DNA of 64,000 nucleotides. Source: an uncultured Verrucomicrobiae bacterium. GTDB taxonomy: Bacteria > Chlamydiota > Chlamydiia > Chlamydiales > Rhabdochlamydiaceae. This document shows positions 7,816-15,359 of this stretch, piece by piece. Every line of letters begins with the position of its first letter. The stretch's first letter is position 1. Both the position numbers and the translations under genes were made by a program. The DNA lies in contig CAWDYW010000003.1 of the NCBI GenBank assembly GCA_963806855.1, positions 542,129-606,128 on the forward strand, given 5' to 3'. The notes beneath the pieces are model-generated. The model made no database searches and was not told the DNA's origin. It was given only the letters and a program-made list of their open reading frames with translations.

Positions 7816-9936
7816 ATGAACGTCGGCGAAGAGAAAAAAAGGCTACATTGGAAGGATTGGCTCGGGGATGGCCATTTTGGGAAACGTCTTGCCGTCGCAT
7901 TATTCTTTTTTTTATCTCTGGCCCTGTTTCTGCACTTTAGAGAGGTGCGGATGGAGGTCCTCGAACAGGGGACCATTGCCGATCAGTACATCATCGCCCA
8001 GGTCGATTTTGAATTTGCCGATGAAGATGCGACGCTGGTGATCAGGCAGCAATCGGTACGCGATGTTGGATCGATCTATCGGATCAGCGACAAGCAGCTG
8101 AGGCAGATCCGCTCCGATTTTGGGAGCTATCTGCTCACACGGCAAGATTGGCGCGACAAATTAAAGCAGACCACTTTTGATGAGCTCTACCGGGGGGCCG
8201 ATGCACTAGAAGACGCGCTCGCCGATGCCCGCTTTACCAATCAGCGGACGATTCAAAAGATGAAGGATTATGGCCTCATCACCGATAATTATTACCCATT
8301 TACACCTGAAAATATTCAAGAGCCAGCGATCCTGCCAAACACCTTTTGGCGACAGCTGCGCGACAAGGTCTTCGCTTCGAAAAATGTCAATCCTGAAACA
8401 GCCAGCTTTATTTTGGAGTCGTTTGAGAATCAAACTTGGAATTTGCAGCTCGATGGAGTCTCAGAGCGAAACTTGCGGCAGCTCATCCAAGAAAAAGTTC
8501 CTGTTCAATATACTCAGGTCAATGCGGGCAATCACATCATCGATCCTGGTGAAAAAGTGACGAGTCGTCATCTGGCGATGTTGCAGGCAATGAAAACTGC
8601 CATAGCCAAGCAGCGCAACCTTTTCAGTATTCGGACGATTGTCGGTAGTTTGCTGATGTCGCTCTTGTTTACTACCCTGAGTGTCATTTACTTTAGGATC
8701 AACCACCCTGCCATCCTCAATTCCGTCCGCAAAATGACCCTCCTGGTCACGGTGATCATTTTGACCTTGATCCTTGCCAAATGTTCCGAATATTTCTTGG
8801 TCAATCGGGGAACCTATTTAATTGAATTCTTCCGCTATCCGGTGATTGTCCCCTTTGCTTCGATCTTGATCTTTGTCCTAGTCGGCTCCGAAGTGGCCCT
8901 CTTTGCCTCTGCGTTTTTAGCGATTGTCATTGGGGTGACCCTCGCCATCGACCACGACCGGTTTTTGATCATCAACTTAATTGCCTCATGGGTGACAATT
9001 TTATTTGCCCGCAATATGCACAAGCGGAAAGAGGTCTTCACTGTGCTCGCAAAGGTGTGGCTTACTTGCTTGCCGGTGATCATTGCCTTTAATTTAGCTC
9101 AGAACTTCTTTGTCACGGCTCATATGCTCGAAGATGTGGTCAGCTCGCTCATTTTCATCACGCTGATTGCCGTTCTGGTCATCGGGCTCTTGCCGCTGCT
9201 CGAGTCGGTTTTCCATGTGATGACCGATATGACGCTCATGGAATATATGGACCCCAACAACGAGTTGCTCCGCCGCCTCAGCGTCGAGGCCCCAGGGACC
9301 TATCAACACTGTCTGGTGGTGGGGAATTTAGCGGAGAGTGCCGCTCGGGCGATTGGGGCAAACGGATTATTCTGCCGCGTCGCCACCCTTTATCACGACA
9401 TCGGAAAACTCTTTAACCCCCACTATTTTACCGAAAATCAGCTCGGCGGATTCAATATTCACCAGCTGCTCACCCCTCTCGAATCGACCCAGGTGATCAT
9501 CGCCCACGTCCCAGAAGGGGAGGCTCTGGCTCGCAAGTACCGGCTTCCTCAGAGCTTCATCGACATCATCCGGGAACACCACGGCACAACCCTCGTCTAT
9601 TATTTCTATCACAAACAGCTCCAGCAGATGGGAGGGGATGAATCGAAGGTCGATGAAAAACTCTTCCGCTATCCTGGACCCAAACCCCATACAAAAGAAT
9701 CGGTCATCATCATGCTGGCCGATTCAGTCGAAGCGACATCTCGATCGCTCGATGAGATCACCGAAGAGGCGCTCAATGCGATGGTCGAGAGGCTGGTGAA
9801 GGAAAAAACCGACGACGGCCAGCTCGACGACTGCCAGCTCACTTTTGAGGAACTGGGGATCGTCAAGAAAACCTTAGTGAAAACGCTCGCTATTTCTGGC
9901 CATTTGCGGGTCAAGTATCCCGAGAAGAAGAAGTAG
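7816..9936 (+). CDS. 7TM-HD membrane phosphohydrolase (PgpH/YqfF-like HDIG protein)
   Basis: 706 aa. An N-terminal TM helix plus a soluble domain, then a block of about 7 hydrophobic helices, then a C-terminal HD domain (TLYHDIGK, REHHGTTL). Confidence 0.85.
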   Translation: MNVGEEKKRLHWKDWLGDGHFGKRLAVALFFFLSLALFLHFREVRMEVLEQGTIADQYIIAQVDFEFADEDATLVIRQQSVRDVGSIYRISDKQLRQIRSDFGSYLLTRQDWRDKLKQTTFDELYRGADALEDALADARFTNQRTIQKMKDYGLITDNYYPFTPENIQEPAILPNTFWRQLRDKVFASKNVNPETASFILESFENQTWNLQLDGVSERNLRQLIQEKVPVQYTQVNAGNHIIDPGEKVTSRHLAMLQAMKTAIAKQRNLFSIRTIVGSLLMSLLFTTLSVIYFRINHPAILNSVRKMTLLVTVIILTLILAKCSEYFLVNRGTYLIEFFRYPVIVPFASILIFVLVGSEVALFASAFLAIVIGVTLAIDHDRFLIINLIASWVTILFARNMHKRKEVFTVLAKVWLTCLPVIIAFNLAQNFFVTAHMLEDVVSSLIFITLIAVLVIGLLPLLESVFHVMTDMTLMEYMDPNNELLRRLSVEAPGTYQHCLVVGNLAESAARAIGANGLFCRVATLYHDIGKLFNPHYFTENQLGGFNIHQLLTPLESTQVIIAHVPEGEALARKYRLPQSFIDIIREHHGTTLVYYFYHKQLQQMGGDESKVDEKLFRYPGPKPHTKESVIIMLADSVEATSRSLDEITEEALNAMVERLVKEKTDDGQLDDCQLTFEELGIVKKTLVKTLAISGHLRVKYPEKKK

Positions 9937-10666
9937 GGACACGTTCCGAAATCTGCTTTTTCTCTATCCGTTCGATGACAAAGTCTGGTACCACTCTGGT
10001 AATTAGAATCAGCAGCTTGTATCTCCAATCAAATAGATCAATCTTTTTTCCGGTTTCGATCTGTTTCCAAATATGTTTAGCAGCTACTTCAGCGGTCATA
10101 GTTCGTGAATCTGGCTTTTGAGGATACCCCTTTGCTGCCCGGGGACGGAATTTTGTCTCAATTTGTCCGGGGCAGGAGCAGAGAACTTTGATCCCTGTGT
10201 CGCGCAATTCAGCATTTAAGCCAAGGGAGAAGTATCTAACGAAGGCCTTCGTGGAGTGGTAGACATTGAACAGGGGAGAGTGGATATACCCTGCCGCAGA
10301 AGAAATATTGAGAATGGTCCCTTTTTGGCCCGCATCGACCATCGTTTTGGCTGCGTGAATGGAAATTTCAACAAGCGCCTTGACATTCACCTCAATCATG
10401 TCGAGCTGATCTTGGATCTCCAGATCAACCGTATTGCCATAGAGTCCAAAGCCCGCATTGTTGATGACTAGATCCGGTTTTTTTTCTGTAATGAGTTCCA
10501 ATAATTTTTGTCTGCTGCCCCTCAGATCGATCGGGAGTGTCGAGTCGGTGCGACCTGTCGTGATGACCTCGATCCCTTTTTCCTTTAATAACTTCACTAA
10601 AGCCGCGCCAAGGCCGCCAGTCGCACCTGTCACGAGCGCACATTTAAAAGAGGGCTTCGATTTCAT
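9911..10666 (-). CDS. short-chain dehydrogenase/reductase (SDR), tandem copy 1
   Basis: 251 aa. TGATGGLG, NNAG, and catalytic YHSTK. Its 3' end overlaps the convergent pgpH-like gene by 26 nt. Confidence 0.9.
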   Translation of the reverse strand: MKSKPSFKCALVTGATGGLGAALVKLLKEKGIEVITTGRTDSTLPIDLRGSRQKLLELITEKKPDLVINNAGFGLYGNTVDLEIQDQLDMIEVNVKALVEISIHAAKTMVDAGQKGTILNISSAAGYIHSPLFNVYHSTKAFVRYFSLGLNAELRDTGIKVLCSCPGQIETKFRPRAAKGYPQKPDSRTMTAEVAAKHIWKQIETGKKIDLFDWRYKLLILITRVVPDFVIERIEKKQISERVPTSSSRDT

Positions 10667-10802
10667 CTAAAATCCTTTGAGTTCTTTTAATCCCTATATC
10701 AATTGTGGTGAATTTTAGCTCGTAAATCCCGACATAGACTTTGAGCTTTGGTTCGCTCCTGGCGCAACTTTTCCATTTCCGCACGTCTCAAATCAAACAC
10801 CC
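10667..10802 (-). pseudogene. duplicated 3'-end fragment of the phosphohexomutase gene (duplication scar)
   Basis: 10667-10802 matches 11592-11830 (the 3' end of the intact mutase gene) nearly base for base, apart from an internal deletion of about 100 bp. No ORF is retained. Confidence 0.8.
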
Positions 10803-10862
10803 TAGTGAAAACGCTCGCTATTTCTGGCCATTTGCGCGTGAAGTACCCTGAGAAGAAGAAGT
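10803..10862 (+). pseudogene. duplicated 3'-end fragment of the pgpH-like gene (duplication scar)
   Basis: TAGTGAAAACGCTCGCTATTTCTGGCCATTTGCG.GT.AAGTA.CC.GAGAAGAAGAAGTA repeats 9875-9936, the last 20 codons plus the stop. Confidence 0.8.
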
Positions 10863-11591
10863 AAGTCTCTTAGTCCACATTTTTTTCTCGATCCTTTCAA
10901 CGATTACATCTGGGATCAGCTTGGAAAACACAACCAGTAACTTGTACCGCCAGTCAAATAGCCAAATCCTTTTGCCACTTTCGATCTGCTTCCAAATCGT
11001 GTTTGCAACGAATTCCGTAGACATCGCTCCTAGTTCGGTCTTTTTTTGAGCCCCCTTAGTTGCTCGGAACGCAAATTTGGAGTCGAATCTCCCCGGACAG
11101 GTACACAGGACTTTGATCCCCTGATTGCGCAGCTCTGCATTAAAGCCGAGGGAGAAAGATTTGACGAAGGCTTTTGTAGCGTGATAGACATTGAACATGG
11201 GAGAGTAGAGATAGGCCGATACAGAGGATACGTTGAGAATCGTCCCTTTTTGACCAGCCTTGACCATTGTTTTGGCGGCGTGGATAGAAATTTCAACAAG
11301 CGCCTTGTCATTCACCTCAATCATGTCGAGCTGCTCTTGGATCCCGAGATCAATCGAATTGCCAAGGAAACCAAAGCCTGCATTGTTGATGACTAGATCT
11401 GGTTTTTTTTCTGTAATGAGTTCTAATAATTTTTGTCTGCTGCCTCTCAGATCGATCGGCAGCGCCGAGTCAGTGCGATCTGTCGTGATGATTTCGATCC
11501 CTTTTTCCTTTAATAACTTAACTAAAGCTGCGCCGAGGCCAGTTGTCGCTCCGGTCACGAGTGCACATTTAAAAGAGGGCTTCGATTTCAT
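10818..11591 (-). CDS. short-chain dehydrogenase/reductase (SDR), tandem copy 2
   Basis: 257 aa. TGATTGLG, NNAG, YHATK. The N-terminal roughly 120 residues are nearly identical to copy 1, and the C-terminal half is much more diverged. Confidence 0.9.
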   Translation of the reverse strand: MKSKPSFKCALVTGATTGLGAALVKLLKEKGIEIITTDRTDSALPIDLRGSRQKLLELITEKKPDLVINNAGFGFLGNSIDLGIQEQLDMIEVNDKALVEISIHAAKTMVKAGQKGTILNVSSVSAYLYSPMFNVYHATKAFVKSFSLGFNAELRNQGIKVLCTCPGRFDSKFAFRATKGAQKKTELGAMSTEFVANTIWKQIESGKRIWLFDWRYKLLVVFSKLIPDVIVERIEKKMWTKRLTSSSQGTSRANGQK

Positions 11592-13176
11592 CTAGTATCC
11601 TTTGAGTTCTTCTAATCCCTATATCAATTGTGGTGAATTTTGGCTCGTAAATCCCGACATAGACTTTGAGCTTTGGTTCTGTTCCGGAGGGTCGAATGAT
11701 GATTTTGCTACGATCGTCGAGCTGAAAAAAAATAAGATCTGCCGGATAGGAGATAAACCGCCCTGAAAATGCCTTGGGGAGCTCCTGGCGCAACTTTTCC
11801 ATTTCTGCACGTCTCAAATCAAACACCCTTTGCTCTTCCCAATAAAGTCCATATTTTCGATAGATCTCCTTGAGAAAATCGACAAGTGTTTTTCCGGCGA
11901 CCTTGAGCTCTAGAGCAATGTGGCAGATGAGACAGCTGGCAATGAGCGCATCTTTATCGTGGCAATAGGTGCCGTAAAGGTAGCCATACGACTCTTCTGC
12001 TCCAAATAGGAAATGGTGTTTTTTATCTCCTTCCCACTCTCGCATGAGCTCTCCAATATACTTGAAGCCAGTCAAGACCTTAAAGCAGTCGACTTTGTAA
12101 CGCTCACAGATTGCCGAAAAGAGATCGGTGGAGACGATCGTCGTCACGGCGGCACTGCCAGGTGGCGGCCCCTTTTGGCACAAGAATTCAAGGCAAATGA
12201 CGCCGATCTGATTGCCATTCAAAACCGTCGCGGCTCCCTGATGCATCACCGCTATCGCGACCCTGTCAGCATCGGGATCGGTGGCGATTAAGATGTCTGA
12301 CGCCGTATTTTGGAGTTGCTCTAGGCCCATCTGGAGCGCTTCCCGATTTTCGGGGTTAGGGCTTGCGACAGTGGGAAAATCGCCATCGGGCAAAAGTTGA
12401 TGATCAACCGGATTGATATTGGAAAACCCCCACCGGAGCAGGGCCTTAGGCAGCAATTTAAAAGCAGCTCCATGAAGAGGAGTATAGGTGATCTTCAGCT
12501 GATCTCCGATGTGGTGATTTTCTTTTGGATTGATTTGCAAAGCTTCCAGCGCACTCAGATATTCTTCATCAAATTCCAGATCGAGGACTTGGATGAGGGG
12601 TTCGCTTTCAATTGAGAGCTTGATCTGCTCGAAATCGACCACTTTTTCCATTTCGGCGCTCAAGGCTATCTCCTGGGCTCCGACCACTTGCCCTCCATCG
12701 CTTCCATAGATCTTATAGCCGTTGTAGTTTTTCGGGTTGTGGGAGGCGGTGATCATGATCCCCAGACTGCACCCTTTTTGCCTTACGCCGAAAGAGAGAT
12801 AGGGAGTCGGACGAAACTCGGGCGTCAAATAGACCCCGATTCCATTAGAGGCAAGGACACGGGCAGCTTCTATGGCAAATTCTTTTGAGTTGTGGCGCGT
12901 ATCGTAACTGATGAAGACCCAGTGTCGCTCAAGACGGGGAGGTTGGCGGAGCAGATAGTTGGCGACCCCTTGCGTTGCCAGTTGCACCGTGTAACGGTTG
13001 AGACGGTTTGTCCCCACACCCATCAATGCTCGCAGCCCACCAGTCCCAAAGGAGAGGCGTTGGTGGAAAGCATCGTTTAGATCGGCTGGGGAAAGTTTTC
13101 GAATTTCATCTTTGCTCTCTTGATCGAGGGGACCGTTGAGCCACTTCTGAACCCGTTTTTCTATATCTGGTGTCAT
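11569..13176 (-). CDS. phosphoglucomutase/phosphomannomutase family (alpha-D-phosphohexomutase)
   Basis: 535 aa. Active-site loop GIMITASHNP, metal loop ATDPDADR, and sugar-binding GAEESYGY. Confidence 0.9.
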   Translation of the reverse strand: MTPDIEKRVQKWLNGPLDQESKDEIRKLSPADLNDAFHQRLSFGTGGLRALMGVGTNRLNRYTVQLATQGVANYLLRQPPRLERHWVFISYDTRHNSKEFAIEAARVLASNGIGVYLTPEFRPTPYLSFGVRQKGCSLGIMITASHNPKNYNGYKIYGSDGGQVVGAQEIALSAEMEKVVDFEQIKLSIESEPLIQVLDLEFDEEYLSALEALQINPKENHHIGDQLKITYTPLHGAAFKLLPKALLRWGFSNINPVDHQLLPDGDFPTVASPNPENREALQMGLEQLQNTASDILIATDPDADRVAIAVMHQGAATVLNGNQIGVICLEFLCQKGPPPGSAAVTTIVSTDLFSAICERYKVDCFKVLTGFKYIGELMREWEGDKKHHFLFGAEESYGYLYGTYCHDKDALIASCLICHIALELKVAGKTLVDFLKEIYRKYGLYWEEQRVFDLRRAEMEKLRQELPKAFSGRFISYPADLIFFQLDDRSKIIIRPSGTEPKLKVYVGIYEPKFTTIDIGIRRTQRILDEIEALF

Positions 13177-13219
13177 AATTTGATGGTAGCAAATACATTC
13201 TATTTTGGTTGACCTTTTT

Positions 13220-13286
13220 TCAACGCAAAGACGCCAAGGCGCAAAGACGCAAAAAAATATTTTTTTTCTTTGCGCCTTTGCGTTGA
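13220..13286. repeat. octamer-repeat hairpin (gene-less copy of the ACGCAAAG inverted-arm element)
   Basis: TCAACGCAAAGACGCCAAGGCGCAAAGACGC, an A/T loop, then CTTTGCGCCTTTGCGTTGA. It uses the same arms that flank the GxxExxY gene at 24271-24722. Confidence 0.85.
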
Positions 13287-13287
13287 A

Positions 13288-13689
13288 TTAATCTAAGTTT
13301 TTCAGAATTGTGCTCAGAGGGATGATAGGAGCTTCATCATTGATCCCTTCGCATCGCTGTGCGGTCTCTTCCCAGTCTTCTTTAGTCCTGACATTTTCAC
13401 GCCAGAAGGGAAATGTGCGGCACTGTTTTGGCCTAGATTTGTAGAGGAGACATTTTTTTCCTCGAAGAAAGACGCAGTCGAAAGTTTCAGGGTCTTCTTT
13501 TAGCGAAATTTCCCCTTCGACCAGTCGACAGTATTGTTTCGCAAAGTCTAGCACAGGCATGTCGAGCGCTTTGGCCATCTCGACGATCTCCTCTTCGGTG
13601 ACCCAGACGAAGCCAGGAGATCCGGTGCAGCATCCGCCGCATTCAGTACACTTGAATCGAAGGCCATCTTTATACCATGGTTCTGTCAT
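13288..13689 (-). CDS. YkgJ family cysteine-cluster protein (UPF0153)
   Basis: 133 aa. N-terminal CTECGGCCTG motif and a later C..C pair, typical of the YkgJ/Fe-S-cluster family. Confidence 0.7.
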   Translation of the reverse strand: MTEPWYKDGLRFKCTECGGCCTGSPGFVWVTEEEIVEMAKALDMPVLDFAKQYCRLVEGEISLKEDPETFDCVFLRGKKCLLYKSRPKQCRTFPFWRENVRTKEDWEETAQRCEGINDEAPIIPLSTILKNLD

Positions 13690-13690
13690 A

Positions 13691-13860
13691 AGACCTCTTG
13701 CATAATTTAGGTTCTGTCTATTTTAGGGTTCTTTTGAACCGATTTTCAATTCAAATTGCAGGGGTAATATCGGCCCCAGCATATGACCCCTGCAATTTGA
13801 ATCGAAAATCGGCCAAAATAATCCCGAAAATCGACGAACCCTAAGTTATGCAAGAGGTCT
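13691..13860. repeat. 170-bp near-perfect palindromic element (P1) filling a whole intergenic spacer
   Basis: Outer arms AGACCTCTTGCATAA.TTAGG / CCTAAGTTATGCAAGAGGTCT. Inner arms CCGATTTTCAATTCAAATTGCAGGGG / CCCCTGCAATTTGAATCGAAAATCGG. The loop is 13765-13786. Confidence 0.9.
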
Positions 13861-14716
13861 ATAACGAAAAATCGTGGGTTTCATTTGCTTTCCAACCGCT
13901 GTCATACCGGTAGACAGAGAGCTTTAAGGCTCGGTTCTGTAAATCGAAGAGGTGACATGCTCCATTTTTGATATGGGGGGTCGAGCCCGTATCAGAGAGG
14001 ATTGGCAGACGGTTTGGTCTAAGGTCTGCAACGGTTTGTCGATGGGAGTGGCCATGGAGATAGAGGAAGATATTGGGATATTGGGTCAGGAGATTTTTCA
14101 ATTGTGCTCCTCTGACCAGCTGCTTTTTTTCGACATCATTAAGGAAGAAGGGGAAATGATTGAGAAGGATGATTGGATCGCGCGCTGGGATGGTTTCTAA
14201 AGCCCGTTTGAGATTTTCCTCAGCCTGGGGAGAGAAATAGCCCTGAGAGGAGGAAAGCGAGGTGGCGACAGCTGTATCGAGGGCTACGAGCCAATAACGG
14301 CCCCAGCGCATGTAGGTAACACGGTGATCTTTTAGATTGAGGGGGCAGCTCTGATCATATTGGCTATCAAAAAAGGTATAAAAACTCTTTTTCCGCTCAC
14401 TCGCTTTGGTGTAATGGTCATGATTGCCCGGGATGGTGAAAACTTCAAAGCCTTCCTTTTTCAGTCGCTCGATAAACCGCTTGGCTTTTGTGAATTCCCC
14501 CTTTCTTGAGGTGACCGAGAGATCGCCTGTGATGATCACGTGAGTAACCTGCTCAAGCTTAAAGAGATCGATAAGCTCATTCAGGCGGGAATAGGCAAAA
14601 TCTCTTCTTCGATTAAAAAGAAAATTGAAATTGCCGAGCCATCGTTTAGAAAAAAATTGAAACGGGCTTAGGCAAACCGAGCCAAAGTGCAAATCTGAAA
14701 TATGGGCAAAGCGCAT
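13859..14716 (-). CDS. calcineurin-like metallophosphoesterase
   Basis: 285 aa. Motifs HISDLHFG, ITGDL, GNHD and LHGHSH in canonical order. Confidence 0.85.
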   Translation of the reverse strand: MRFAHISDLHFGSVCLSPFQFFSKRWLGNFNFLFNRRRDFAYSRLNELIDLFKLEQVTHVIITGDLSVTSRKGEFTKAKRFIERLKKEGFEVFTIPGNHDHYTKASERKKSFYTFFDSQYDQSCPLNLKDHRVTYMRWGRYWLVALDTAVATSLSSSQGYFSPQAEENLKRALETIPARDPIILLNHFPFFLNDVEKKQLVRGAQLKNLLTQYPNIFLYLHGHSHRQTVADLRPNRLPILSDTGSTPHIKNGACHLFDLQNRALKLSVYRYDSGWKANETHDFSL

Positions 14717-14724
14717 GGCTACCC

Positions 14725-14733
14725 ATTATACCA
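14725..14733 (-). promoter_or_regulatory. candidate extended -10 element (TGGTATAAT) 8 nt upstream of the phosphoesterase ATG
   Basis: The minus strand reads CTGGTATAATGGGTAGCCATG. It matches TGnTATAAT, and there is no Shine-Dalgarno sequence between it and the ATG, which suggests a leaderless or near-leaderless mRNA. Confidence 0.3.
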
Positions 14734-14739
14734 GAAAAG

Positions 14740-14907
14740 GGCTCGACTTTGTACAATTTTTTGCGGCATCTCTGAGAGAATCGCTGGCAAACTATTCATT
14801 TATTCGCTCATTAATAGTGCCTTCGGCTATGAATTTCGCGAATAAATGAATATTTTGCCGAGCGCTTCCTCTGGATCTGCTTGCTAAAAATTTTACAAAG
14901 TCGAGCC
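14740..14907. repeat. 168-bp near-perfect palindromic element (P2)
   Basis: Outer arms GGCTCGACTTTGTACAATTTTT / AAAAATTTTACAAAGTCGAGCC. Inner arms GGCAAACTATTCATTTATTCGC / GCGAATAAATGAATATTTTGCC. Almost the whole length can pair. Confidence 0.9.
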
Positions 14908-14911
14908 GGGC

Positions 14912-15337
14912 CTATTTTTTTCTCTTGGCAGCTGGCGATTTCGAGGCTCTCTTGTCCATTTTAGAAGTCAGCGCCTTTGCTTTCCCAACAGATTGTTTGA
15001 CAACGGTCTTTTCCCAAACCGCCCCTTCTCGATGCGAATAAGCTGGAGGAGAGCCATGCTGATGGGGCTCAGAGGGACTTGTCCTTTTAGAGACGGCCGC
15101 CTTGCGCTTTGTCTTTTTGATCTCCATCCCCTTGGCCACCTTTTCGACTAAAGGTTCAAGCGCTTTTTTGCTTTTAGTAGGATATTTCTTTAACGATTCG
15201 GCAGTTCGAAGTTTATCGGTGCGTGGCGCTTCCTCAGGTTCTGCATACATCTTCTGCGCTTTTTTCACCTCTTTTGCCTGATTTTTTCTTACTTTTTTAT
15301 CAACTGACTTGCGATTCTTATTCATAATATCCTCCAA
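14912..15337 (-). CDS. hypothetical lysine-rich basic protein
   Basis: 141 aa, rich in K/A/S/P with a basic C-terminal tail (KSPAAKRKK). I recognise no catalytic motif. A histone-like or nucleoid role is only a guess. Confidence 0.5.
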   Translation of the reverse strand: MEDIMNKNRKSVDKKVRKNQAKEVKKAQKMYAEPEEAPRTDKLRTAESLKKYPTKSKKALEPLVEKVAKGMEIKKTKRKAAVSKRTSPSEPHQHGSPPAYSHREGAVWEKTVVKQSVGKAKALTSKMDKRASKSPAAKRKK

Positions 15338-15359
15338 AATATTGATCTTACATCATTGT

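Noticed and set aside
13220-13286. Interpreting the ACGCAAAG octamer runs (here and at 24271, 24693 and 46607) as a CRISPR array.
   Set aside because: The units are 8 nt, directly abutting with no spacers, arranged as inverted arms, and there are no cas genes in the window.
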